Virus record (IMG/VR): IMGVR_UViG_3300032334_001259
Coordinates: 248,001-312,000 of that record
Reading direction: 5' to 3' (one strand)
Length of the DNA: 64,000 bases
Below are positions 49,068 to 58,165 of this stretch, one piece after another; position 1 is the stretch's first letter, and the number at the start of each line of letters is the position of its first letter. A program made the position numbers and the translations under genes. A model generated the notes under the pieces. It had not been told where the DNA came from. It ran no database searches and saw nothing but the letters and a program-made list of their open reading frames with translations.

Positions 49068-49964
49068 ATGCGAATTAGTGAAATTATTGTTGAAGCACCA
49101 ACTGATGTAAGTCGTCGTGGATTTCTTAAAGGATTAGCAAGCATTGCTGCATCTACTGCAATGCCACAAAATGCTGTTGCAAAAATATTAAAGGCAGTTC
49201 CTAAATCACAAATTGAAATATTAGACGATCTTTTTAAAAATGTACATCCAATTGTACTAGACACCGTAGGCAGTGAATATGGCAGGGTGGGAGTACACGG
49301 AGAACACGCTATAAGTGCTTTTACTAACTCAGAATATGATGCTTTACATAGATTGGTAAGACCTCTTTATAAAGAACAAGGTTTTGCAACTGAACGTGAT
49401 GCAGTAAATGCATTAAAAAAAATAGCAACTATGAGCAGCAAAACTACTAATGAATATTACAAGGTATTTGAATACCTACTTGGAAGACCACTTGAAGTAA
49501 GAAAATTAGAAAACATACTGGCATCACATGGCACCAATGTAGACAGTTTTTTTGGTCAAATGATGAAGAATGAACCATTTGAAGAAGCGTTTATGCAATT
49601 ATCAAATGAGGCTTATATGAATATTGGTGGCACACGTTATTTTGAACCTATCGCAAATTTAAAACCGCTACCACCAAATTGGGCAACGGCACTTGGACAG
49701 TCAGTAAAACGATTTGCAAATAATGCAGGACAAGTAGCAAGATTTACAGGTAAAAACTATCTTGATAAAAAACTTCCTGATTTATCCCCTCAACAACTTG
49801 ACCAGAGAAACGCAACTCAAGACAGGGTAGATAAAGAAAAAAAAGAACCACAAAAACCAAAAGAACTTGAAAAACCAAAAGATGATGAAAAGAAAATTAC
49901 ATCATATGGCGGTAGTGCAACTGGTAAGTTTGTAAAACCAATTGCTGCAAAAGTTAACGCTTAA
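49068..49964 (+). CDS. putative virion-internal protein with twin-arginine-like motif
   Basis: MRISEIIVE leader followed by SRRGFLKGL; TAAATA 5 nt upstream. Confidence 0.55.
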   Translation: MRISEIIVEAPTDVSRRGFLKGLASIAASTAMPQNAVAKILKAVPKSQIEILDDLFKNVHPIVLDTVGSEYGRVGVHGEHAISAFTNSEYDALHRLVRPLYKEQGFATERDAVNALKKIATMSSKTTNEYYKVFEYLLGRPLEVRKLENILASHGTNVDSFFGQMMKNEPFEEAFMQLSNEAYMNIGGTRYFEPIANLKPLPPNWATALGQSVKRFANNAGQVARFTGKNYLDKKLPDLSPQQLDQRNATQDRVDKEKKEPQKPKELEKPKDDEKKITSYGGSATGKFVKPIAAKVNA

Positions 49965-49985
49965 TAATATTCCATAAATATCTGT

Positions 49986-50699
49986 ATGCGTTTTACACAA
50001 TTCAAACCAATAATTCTCGAAGGTGGAAATATGTTTAAGGGAACAACATCCTATGATCAGGCTGTTGTTCCACAAGTATTAAAGATAATTAATGATGCGC
50101 TAAGTGGTGCAAGACTTAAAGTTACGCCAGTTGGTAGTGGTGCAAATCCTGTCAAGGGTAAAATCAGTAACGATTTTGATGTTATGACAGATGAAGATGC
50201 TGTTAAGGCTTTCTTTAAAACCAATGATGCCAAGGAAGCACGTAAGAAATTAGCAGAATATCTTAAGAATCTTGGATTTCAAACTGCACAAAGTGGAATA
50301 ATTGTGCATGTGTTGGTTCCTGTAGCCAATATGGGTGTGCAAGCTGATATTATGGTAACACCACAAGCAGATGCAATTGCCAAGTTTCATACTCATAATA
50401 TTCCACAAAATAGCCCATTCAAAGGTAAGAACAAAGTTCTGACCATGGGAGCAATCGCTAAGGCCAAAGGTTATATGTTTAGCCCATGGCAAGGGTTGTT
50501 TAAACGCACACCAGATGGTAAAAAAGGTGAACTTGTAAGTAATGATATTGAAACAGTTGCTAAAGTATTACTTGGCAATTCCGCAACTGCCGCTGACTTG
50601 GGTAGTGTAGAAAGCATTCTTAAAAAACTTCCACGTGCAGATGCAGATAAACTTCTCGCAACTCTACGTGCTGATCCAAATTGGGAAGAACTTAAATGA
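49986..50699 (+). CDS. Pol-beta-superfamily nucleotidyltransferase-like protein
   Basis: VGSG......SNDFDV and QADIM motifs; LEGGN leader. Confidence 0.6.
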   Translation: MRFTQFKPIILEGGNMFKGTTSYDQAVVPQVLKIINDALSGARLKVTPVGSGANPVKGKISNDFDVMTDEDAVKAFFKTNDAKEARKKLAEYLKNLGFQTAQSGIIVHVLVPVANMGVQADIMVTPQADAIAKFHTHNIPQNSPFKGKNKVLTMGAIAKAKGYMFSPWQGLFKRTPDGKKGELVSNDIETVAKVLLGNSATAADLGSVESILKKLPRADADKLLATLRADPNWEELK

Positions 50700-52048
50700 G
50701 AGCCTCGCAGTTTATTTCAGAGTCTAGAGGCATGTTTGGTCGTAAAAAGGGCGATCTGTATATAAATGACAATGGTCAAACAGCAACGTTTAATCATGCT
50801 GAAATGTTTCCAAATACTAAAACAAATGATGCTTATAAAGATCATCCTACTGCTTTAATAGAAATAAATCGTATTGAAGCAAGAGAAGGTTCAAAAATTA
50901 GTTGGGTTAATGCTGAAAAACAAAATACCAATGCTTTTGCTATAGTTTATATGGATAGTGATGATGGCAGTAAAATGCTATGGGGTAGATGGTATAACGT
51001 TGTGCCAGCAAATGTAGATTCTACTTGGAAAAATGATCAATTACCACAAGGTTGGGTATGGAGTAGTAAAACTGCTACAAAAGCAAAAAGTGGTATGACC
51101 CCACAAGATTTGATTAAAACTGAAAAAACATTTAATAGTTCCGAAGAACTGCTACAAACTATTTCAAATAATGGTGCAAGTCCTGAAATTATGGAAGGAT
51201 TGCAGATGGTTAGTGCAGGTTCAAAAGTTGTTGTATTTAAAGGATTAGGTGATAAACTAACTAGTGTTCGTGATCATCTTGGTGAAATTATAACACCCCT
51301 TGCCCTCATTAGTGAAGTTATCAATGATACAAATGCAATTAATGCTAAAAAAGATATTTTAAAAACAGAATATAGTAGTTGTGCTATAAGATTTCCACAA
51401 AATAAAAATAATAATCTTGTTGATAGTGAATTTATTGCTCCAAGTGGTGAAATTTTAGGAATAAGCACTAAAGGTAATAAAGGTGCAGATGCAAGTATTA
51501 TTAATATATGGAATGCAATGAACAAACAAGAAAATGTTTCTCTTGCAAAAAAATACAAGTATGCAGTAGACGTTGTTAGAATTATTGCAGATAACGGTCA
51601 AAAATTAGGTCCGCTTGTTCTTGGTGAACAATTAGGCATCATTGACAAATATTTAAAAGATGAAATATTACATCATATTGATAATAAAACAAATAAACCA
51701 GAAGAAATGAGTGAAAATGCTCAAAGATTGTTTATTGCTTATAAAAGTGAAAGCGATACACCTGGTTTCAATATTGGATATGTATTATTAGCAAATTGCG
51801 CAAAAAAAGTTGCAGAAGAAATTAATAAAGATAAAAGATTTGAAGAAGCGTGTCGTGCTTTCTTAAATCAAGCAAGTATCATACAAGTTTATACTGATGC
51901 TAAAGCATCTGGCAATGATGTTCAAATTACAGGATTTAGAAGTGTATATCCACCAAAATTTGAAGGTTCAATTAAACTTGAGGCCGGTAAAACTTATATG
52001 AGTACCGGCATCAAGGGTAAATTTGTTTTTAAAATTGGTAAAGGTTAA
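50696..52048 (+). CDS. hypothetical protein, possible PD-(D/E)xK nuclease
   Basis: MRASQFISE leader; LGE...P, NLVDS...ISTKG pattern. Confidence 0.5.
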   Translation: MRASQFISESRGMFGRKKGDLYINDNGQTATFNHAEMFPNTKTNDAYKDHPTALIEINRIEAREGSKISWVNAEKQNTNAFAIVYMDSDDGSKMLWGRWYNVVPANVDSTWKNDQLPQGWVWSSKTATKAKSGMTPQDLIKTEKTFNSSEELLQTISNNGASPEIMEGLQMVSAGSKVVVFKGLGDKLTSVRDHLGEIITPLALISEVINDTNAINAKKDILKTEYSSCAIRFPQNKNNNLVDSEFIAPSGEILGISTKGNKGADASIINIWNAMNKQENVSLAKKYKYAVDVVRIIADNGQKLGPLVLGEQLGIIDKYLKDEILHHIDNKTNKPEEMSENAQRLFIAYKSESDTPGFNIGYVLLANCAKKVAEEINKDKRFEEACRAFLNQASIIQVYTDAKASGNDVQITGFRSVYPPKFEGSIKLEAGKTYMSTGIKGKFVFKIGKG

Positions 52049-52407
52049 GCATCACGACTGATGTAATGCATACGAACCTTTTGTGGTTTAAAGTATTTGT
52101 CAACAGTTTCAATTACTGTTTCATTAACAAATGGCTTGCATGAAAATACATCAATATAGAAGTTACCATCATTATCACAGAAATGTCCAGTGATGTTTGA
52201 TGTCTCAATCATCTGGCAAAATGAAATACCAGCTTTATCTGCTGAATGAGTAGCAAAACGTTCAATCCATGGTTCACCAAATGCAACCATATCAATTGCT
52301 ATAACCAATTCCTTGATGAAATTGTAGATGTTTTCTTTTGAACCAATAAGTTCTTTGTCACCCGCAGTGCAGTCAAGCAACAAATGATAACCCCATGTCT
52401 TGTTCAT
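52045..52407 (-). CDS. speD: S-adenosylmethionine decarboxylase (pyruvoyl, class 1B-like)
   Basis: GYHLLLD, GIS...IETSNITGH and YIDVFSCK motifs. Confidence 0.8.
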   Translation of the reverse strand: MNKTWGYHLLLDCTAGDKELIGSKENIYNFIKELVIAIDMVAFGEPWIERFATHSADKAGISFCQMIETSNITGHFCDNDGNFYIDVFSCKPFVNETVIETVDKYFKPQKVRMHYISRDA

Positions 52408-52437
52408 TCTTTTCTCCTATAAAGACAATTTAAGAAA

Positions 52438-52986
52438 TTATTTATTAGGATATCTTCCTAATTTTTCAAAACATTCAGTCAATCTTTGGATTTGATTAAG
52501 ACAATCCCAAAGCGCATGATGTTTACTATTACCAGGTATAAAATGTTCTGGAACCATCTTATAAATGGTTCTTGCATCTAAAACTTGCCAGAACTTCCAT
52601 GGACTTTGTAATCCAAGTTCACGATTACAATCTTCTAAAATTACATAATCAAAGCCAGCACCATTTGCCCAATAACGGTCTGTTCCACTTGCCCAACTAT
52701 TCAATGCAATCATTGCATCACGAAGTGGCAATCTATCATCAGGATGAAATGCTTCATCACGGGTTTCTTTTGCTTGTTCAGCCCACCATTGAACTGTATC
52801 ATCGTTTATTTCACGATTTTGATTATCTACTTCAACACGACAATAAAAATAGTCTAAATCTCTTGGGTCAGCAATAGTTCTGTAATCAGCATAGCGGTCA
52901 AAAGTTACGCCAGCAATGGTTAACACCGTGGCTTTTGGAGTATTACCAAGTGTTTCAATATCAATCATAATGTCACGATGTTTCAT
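52438..52986 (-). CDS. DEDDh 3'-5' exonuclease (DexA/DUF5051-like)
   Basis: IDIETLG, WANG..FD, DART and HHALWD motifs; promoter TTGACA-16-TATATT (52993-53020) ends 6 nt before the ATG. Confidence 0.88.
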   Translation of the reverse strand: MKHRDIMIDIETLGNTPKATVLTIAGVTFDRYADYRTIADPRDLDYFYCRVEVDNQNREINDDTVQWWAEQAKETRDEAFHPDDRLPLRDAMIALNSWASGTDRYWANGAGFDYVILEDCNRELGLQSPWKFWQVLDARTIYKMVPEHFIPGNSKHHALWDCLNQIQRLTECFEKLGRYPNK

Positions 52987-53072
52987 AGTCCAAATATACC
53001 ATAGTTCAGGTATTTGTCAAGCTATTTTTTACATATTTTTGGTAAATATATACAGGTATTCTTGGAGCCAAC

Positions 53073-53213
53073 ATGACCACGCAAGAGTGGCAACTTATTA
53101 GAAAGTATATGCCAAATTATTTTAGTTGTGTTTATACTTGGTCAGGAGTAGTTCTTGGCTCACTTGTTGGTGTGATATTATTAGAATCAATTATAAGAAT
53201 GATAGGTCAATGA
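53073..53213 (+). CDS. 46-aa single-TM protein (not in ORF track)
   Basis: GGAG SD and TAAATA upstream; MTTQEWQLIRKY...GVVLGSLVGVILLESII; ends 1 nt before the next ATG. Confidence 0.55.
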   Translation: MTTQEWQLIRKYMPNYFSCVYTWSGVVLGSLVGVILLESIIRMIGQ

Positions 53214-53214
53214 A

Positions 53215-53493
53215 ATGGATTTTTTCAAATTAGTTGGTGAAGTTGGATTTCCTATTGCAGCCGCCTGTGCAGGCGGTTATTTTGTTTTTTTAACCTTAAA
53301 ATTTATATTAGCTGGTGTTACTGGCAGTGTTAATGGTATCAAGGGTATCATTATGGCACTTGATAATCGTGTAAAAACAATGAACCACGATGTTATAAGA
53401 ATTGATACACTTATGAGTAATGCTCTTGGTGTTCGTCCCGATCTTGACCGTATTGCACGTGCAGACGGTAAAAATGATGCAAGGAGAGATTAA
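53215..53493 (+). CDS. small membrane/coiled-coil protein (YvrJ-like GFPI motif)
   Basis: EVGFPIAA..GGYFVF...ALDNRVKTMNHDVIRID. Confidence 0.65.
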   Translation: MDFFKLVGEVGFPIAAACAGGYFVFLTLKFILAGVTGSVNGIKGIIMALDNRVKTMNHDVIRIDTLMSNALGVRPDLDRIARADGKNDARRD

Positions 53494-53972
53494 TGAAAAA
53501 GACAACTATATTACTTCTAACACTATTTTCTACTTCTGCATTTGCAGGTAATAATATAATGAATTTATCACCACATAATGTTTATAATTTAACACCATCA
53601 GGAGCAAATAATATAGCATTTGAAAGTGTTGCTGTTTTATCAGACCATAATAAAGTAAAAGAACACAAGCCAAATATTGATAAAGTAGCAAAAGGTAAAC
53701 TAACTGGTAAAATTATTGGTAAACCAATTAATAAATTAGAAGCCATTGATGAGTTTCCTATAGATGAACCAGGTGATGGTGTAATTATTGATGATAATGA
53801 TGAAGTGGTAGTAATTACTACTGATCCTAGAGAGTGGAAAGGTATTGAAGAGGGTGGATGGGTACCAGAACTAGAACCAAGATGTGCTTGTATTGGTATT
53901 GATCATATACCTTTTGATGATCTACAACACGAATTACCTGTTGATGACTCAAGTAATAATATAATTTATTAA
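53493..53972 (+). CDS. secreted hypothetical protein
   Basis: signal peptide ending STSAFA. Confidence 0.65.
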   Translation: MKKTTILLLTLFSTSAFAGNNIMNLSPHNVYNLTPSGANNIAFESVAVLSDHNKVKEHKPNIDKVAKGKLTGKIIGKPINKLEAIDEFPIDEPGDGVIIDDNDEVVVITTDPREWKGIEEGGWVPELEPRCACIGIDHIPFDDLQHELPVDDSSNNIIY

Positions 53973-53988
53973 AGTTTCGGAGAAAAAA

Positions 53989-54225
53989 ATGAAGAAGATT
54001 ATTTTAGTAGCAACAATGTTAGCATTTAGCACAAGTGCATTTGCTGCAGAAAAACCAAAAGCAAAAGCAAAAGAACCATATAAGCCAAAGACAGAATTTT
54101 CAAAGTGTGATCCTGTAAATCATCCAGAACTTTGCAAGTCAAAAGTTCATAAGAAAGCACCAAAGAAACCTAAAGTTGAAGCGTGTGATCCAAAGAAAAC
54201 TCCAAAAACTTGTAAAAAGAAATAA
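53989..54225 (+). CDS. secreted Lys/Pro-rich small protein
   Basis: signal peptide ending STSAFA; two CDP...P..CK repeats. Confidence 0.7.
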   Translation: MKKIILVATMLAFSTSAFAAEKPKAKAKEPYKPKTEFSKCDPVNHPELCKSKVHKKAPKKPKVEACDPKKTPKTCKKK

Positions 54226-54263
54226 TTAACTATTTGTTAAGTATTTGGTGGTAGAATAATGAA

Positions 54264-54431
54264 GTGGAAAATAAACAGTATCCTTACCTGATTCAAGAAT
54301 ACCGTGGTTTCAACGGTAATAGGTATTTTTCTGTTTATTGTGGTGGTAGATTAGTAGCAAGATTAAGAACAAAACGGGCAGCAGAAGAATATATAATTTT
54401 AAACGAAAAGTATAAAAATGAAAATGGATAA
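54264..54431 (+). CDS. 55-aa hypothetical protein (not in ORF track)
   Basis: GTG 6 nt after an extended -10 TGGTAGAAT; ENKQYPYLIQEYRG... Confidence 0.45.
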   Translation: MENKQYPYLIQEYRGFNGNRYFSVYCGGRLVARLRTKRAAEEYIILNEKYKNENG

Positions 54432-54440
54432 GGATTTGAT

Positions 54441-55424
54441 ATGCCCTTTTATGTATGGAACGGAACAGAGTTTACTAAAGATATCAAGTGGGTACCGAGT
54501 CAAGATGGTTCAGTGTTTCAAGCCGTTCCTCATGGTGACTATCAGAATATAGAGGAAGAAATTGTGAATCAGGAAACTATATTAAACTATTATGAAACAC
54601 TGAATATAAGTGAACGTTCGGCGTTGATTGCAGCACTACGCACAGATGAAGTGGCTATATTAGCACGTGAACGTGCTGAACTTATAGCACGTAATCTAGC
54701 ACTTGGTGTACCTAATGGCAAGACTAGAGAAGAATATAGCACCAGTGCTTGGCAAATAAAACAAGACTATCCAGACAGCGAAGATGGTGTATACTGGATT
54801 CGTAATGATAACTTTAACAACGGCAACCCAGTACAAGTCTATTGCGATATGACTACATTAGGTGGTGGTTGGACATTGGTTGTTCAAAATACTTATTGTA
54901 ATTGGACAGAAGAACAAGTGTTTAGTCGCAACGCTACTACTTGTCCTACTCAACTAGCCACCTATGAAAATAGATCTAGTGAACAGAATTACAGTATTCT
55001 ATCTTGGGCAGACAAGATCAAACGTGCAGAGTCAGGATTTGATTTTATGATTTGTGCTCGTGAACATGGATCAGCTGGTGGTGCATGGACTGCTAACGAA
55101 TCATATTCATTTGTGCAAACTCTTGAAGAAGGTAGTTTGGGCGATCCAGATTTAGGAACAGCAGGTTGGCGTAAGAACATTACAGAATTGGCACGTTGGG
55201 GCTACAATGGTAACACATGGAACTATACGTCAGAAGCCATGGAAGCACGTATGCCTTGGGTAGGTATTGGTATTAACTATGGTTGGCTAACTACAGATGG
55301 ATTCCGTGGCGGATGGTGGGGCACAATAATCAGCAATCCCAATGGTGGGTTTGATCCAGCACCTTGGTTAAGCAATCTCCAAGACTGTGGAAGTCCAGGT
55401 GTCATCTGGTATTGGGTAAGGTAA
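54441..55424 (+). CDS. fibrinogen C-terminal-like domain protein
   Basis: SA..IK...P...DGVYWI and VYCDMTTLGGGWTLV motifs. Confidence 0.8.
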   Translation: MPFYVWNGTEFTKDIKWVPSQDGSVFQAVPHGDYQNIEEEIVNQETILNYYETLNISERSALIAALRTDEVAILARERAELIARNLALGVPNGKTREEYSTSAWQIKQDYPDSEDGVYWIRNDNFNNGNPVQVYCDMTTLGGGWTLVVQNTYCNWTEEQVFSRNATTCPTQLATYENRSSEQNYSILSWADKIKRAESGFDFMICAREHGSAGGAWTANESYSFVQTLEEGSLGDPDLGTAGWRKNITELARWGYNGNTWNYTSEAMEARMPWVGIGINYGWLTTDGFRGGWWGTIISNPNGGFDPAPWLSNLQDCGSPGVIWYWVR

Positions 55425-55426
55425 GA

Positions 55427-55798
55427 ATGGAAATGGATTTAGTAGCAAACATCAACAAATATGGGTTTCCTATTGTAGCAGCAGGTGGAGTAGGTTATAT
55501 GATCTACTTCGTATGGAAATGGGCAACCACAGAAGTTAAACCTGTATTAAGTGAAGCAAACACAGTTCTTATTGCACTTATAGATCGTATCCGTATGCTT
55601 GACAATGACTTAATACGCCTAAATCAAAAACTTAATATTGTCCTCATGTTACGTGGCAAAGAGATTGAAAGTCAACGTCATCTTGATGATGCAAAAGCCG
55701 CAGTAGCTGCACAACAAGTAGAGTTGGAAGCAGAAAAAACTCTTAAAGAAGCTGCTGACAAGTTAAGTGAAGCAAATCAACAAAAGGATAAAAAATAA
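55427..55798 (+). CDS. small membrane/coiled-coil protein, paralogue of 53215..53493
   Basis: KYGFPIVAAGGVGY...ALIDRIRMLDNDLIRL. Confidence 0.7.
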   Translation: MEMDLVANINKYGFPIVAAGGVGYMIYFVWKWATTEVKPVLSEANTVLIALIDRIRMLDNDLIRLNQKLNIVLMLRGKEIESQRHLDDAKAAVAAQQVELEAEKTLKEAADKLSEANQQKDKK

Positions 55799-56064
55799 TG
55801 GCTATAGATGCAATACAAAAACAAGATTTAACAGAAGCACGTAATCGTGAAGTAGAACTACTTAAAAGTGGTGATAAAACAGCAAGTCACTTCTTATATT
55901 GGTATGCTTGGTTTTGGGCTGTAACCAGTGCGGCATACTTCTTTACAGTTACTCTTGTTCCAATTACTGATAATGGTCAGCACTTTGCAGATATTATTCT
56001 TGGATTCTTGCTTGGAACAGCAGTAGCAACTATAATTGGTTACTTCTACGGTAGTAGTAAGTAA
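55798..56064 (+). CDS. two-TM membrane protein (holin-like)
   Basis: ILGFLLGT....IIGYFYGSS. Confidence 0.6.
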   Translation: MAIDAIQKQDLTEARNREVELLKSGDKTASHFLYWYAWFWAVTSAAYFFTVTLVPITDNGQHFADIILGFLLGTAVATIIGYFYGSSK

Positions 56065-58110
56065 TTACTTGGTGCTGGTTCTGTAAACAGTATCCCAACC
56101 AGCGCCTGGTGGGTTTGCAGCCATTTCTTCACAACGTTCAATCCACATATCATAATATCCATCCATTTGCCCGTCAAATTGACCTTTAATTTTTTTACAA
56201 ATTTCTATTGCACTTGTAAATCTTTGAGCACGATAGTCATCCATCATGTGTTTATGATTAGTTTTAGCAGCAAGATATGCAATTCTATCACTGCGTTGTT
56301 CTAATACTGTAAAGATATCAACACCTTCTTTTTTACCTTTAACCGCAATGCAGTCTAATTCAAGTGTAAAGTAATCATCTTTTACATATTCATTTGTCTT
56401 TGGTCCAATAACCATAGCAACATGATATGGTTTACTTTGCCCTTCTAAACGTGAAGCAAGATTAACGCCATCACCAAGACAAGTATAATCAAATCGCTGG
56501 CTACTACCCATGTTACCAACGACGACAGTAGCAGTGTTGATACCAAGTCCCATTCCAAAAGGTGGGACTCCCTCTTTGGCAACTTCTTCATTAAACGCAT
56601 TTAAACTTCCTAACATTTGTAGTGCTGTCTTTACAGCGTTCTTGGCATGATCTGCATCATCAAGTGGTGCGTTCCAAAATGCCATTTGTGCATCACCGAT
56701 ATATTTGTCAAGTGTGCCTTCATTCTCTAATATCTTAGCAGTCATCGCTGTCATATAGCGGTTCATTATTTTGGTAAGACCTTGAACGTCACTACCGTAA
56801 TGCTCAGAAATGCTAGTAAAACCCCTAACATCGGTAAATATAATTGATAACTCACGTGACTCTCCTCCCAATGCTAATAGTTCTGGATTCTTTTGAAGTT
56901 TTTCAACCATTGCAGGTGAAAGATAAGTTCCAAATTGTTTCTTTATTTGTTGCTTTTGTAAGAACTCACTGACGAACTTAACACCGTAGGCATGCAAAGC
57001 GACCAAGATGATTCCAGCAACAGGAGCGGTTGCGTCCCATAACTGTAAAGCGTGATTAAACTGATAGAAAGAAAAAGCAATACTGCCGCCGACCAATACA
57101 ATAACCGAACCAAGCCCAACATATACCCACCTCGTCAAGAATAATAATAACAGTCCACCAATTACGAGTGCAATAAGTTCTGCACCTTCTGCATAACTTG
57201 GACGTTCAATGTTAACCTTATTTGCCAACGTAGCAATAATCTTTGCTTGTATATCTTGTGGATATACTGCACCAACAGCAGTAGGAACAGGGTTTGCAAT
57301 ACCAGCAGCACTAACACCAACAATAACAATTGCGCCATCAAACTTTTCTGGCATATTTGTAACGCTTACTTGTTTGTGTTGTTGACTTAAATCAATCCAT
57401 ACACGACCTAAACTATCAGTTGTGAATATATTTTTACCAATACCAAGTTTATCAATTCCAAGTTCATTTAACTTAACTTTCATATTCTTTTCATTATAAA
57501 GAACACGAAGTGTTTCAAGACCGATTGTAGGATAAAGTTTACCACCACTGCCAACAAGCAGCGGAATACGACGATTAACACCATCTATTTCAGGAAATAC
57601 GTTTGTTGTTCCAACACCAATTGCACTATTTTCTAAATCTGGAATGTTGGCAATAACACCAGGATAATTGTAAATTCTATCAATAAAATTACTGTTGACA
57701 ATGGCGGCACCATTTGGGCGTGGTGTGTTCTTGCCTACGCTACTTGGAATATTACTTAAAATTACTGGATGATTTTTAAGAGTTTCAGCAAGTGCAGCGT
57801 CACCACCTTGGCGGTCTGCTTCTGGCATTAACACTGTCCAAACAACAATGCTTGCACCACGTGCATAAATGTCGTTAATTATATCCGCATATATCTGTCT
57901 ATTAAACGGCCATTGTCCATACTTGTTAAGTGCGGCTTCATCAATATTAACTGTATAAATTGGGTTTTCAGTTTGTGTTTTATTTGTGATAAGTTGGTCA
58001 AAGTATTTTAACTTGACGCTTTCAACAAATGTAGGTGATGAAACTTTTATGGCAACTACGATTGCCAATGTTATGAGTGCAGTCCATGGGCTTAATAGAA
58101 TTTTTTTCAT
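56065..58110 (-). CDS. CHASE2-domain class III adenylate cyclase
   Basis: N-terminal TM; IDE..L..YGQWPF.R and D.DGV.RR CHASE2 motifs; three TMs; FTDVRGFT, DKYIGDA and YTCLGDGVNLASRLEG; start revised to 58110. Confidence 0.93.
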   Translation of the reverse strand: MKKILLSPWTALITLAIVVAIKVSSPTFVESVKLKYFDQLITNKTQTENPIYTVNIDEAALNKYGQWPFNRQIYADIINDIYARGASIVVWTVLMPEADRQGGDAALAETLKNHPVILSNIPSSVGKNTPRPNGAAIVNSNFIDRIYNYPGVIANIPDLENSAIGVGTTNVFPEIDGVNRRIPLLVGSGGKLYPTIGLETLRVLYNEKNMKVKLNELGIDKLGIGKNIFTTDSLGRVWIDLSQQHKQVSVTNMPEKFDGAIVIVGVSAAGIANPVPTAVGAVYPQDIQAKIIATLANKVNIERPSYAEGAELIALVIGGLLLLFLTRWVYVGLGSVIVLVGGSIAFSFYQFNHALQLWDATAPVAGIILVALHAYGVKFVSEFLQKQQIKKQFGTYLSPAMVEKLQKNPELLALGGESRELSIIFTDVRGFTSISEHYGSDVQGLTKIMNRYMTAMTAKILENEGTLDKYIGDAQMAFWNAPLDDADHAKNAVKTALQMLGSLNAFNEEVAKEGVPPFGMGLGINTATVVVGNMGSSQRFDYTCLGDGVNLASRLEGQSKPYHVAMVIGPKTNEYVKDDYFTLELDCIAVKGKKEGVDIFTVLEQRSDRIAYLAAKTNHKHMMDDYRAQRFTSAIEICKKIKGQFDGQMDGYYDMWIERCEEMAANPPGAGWDTVYRTSTK

Positions 58111-58127
58111 GGTAATATTTACCCAAG

Positions 58128-58156
58128 AAAAAACCCCGTAAATTTCTTTACGGGGT
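58128..58156 (-). terminator. intrinsic terminator after the GHKL gene
   Basis: stem ACCCCGTAAA/TTTACGGGGT followed by a U-tract. Confidence 0.8.
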
Positions 58157-58165
58157 CTTATTAAA

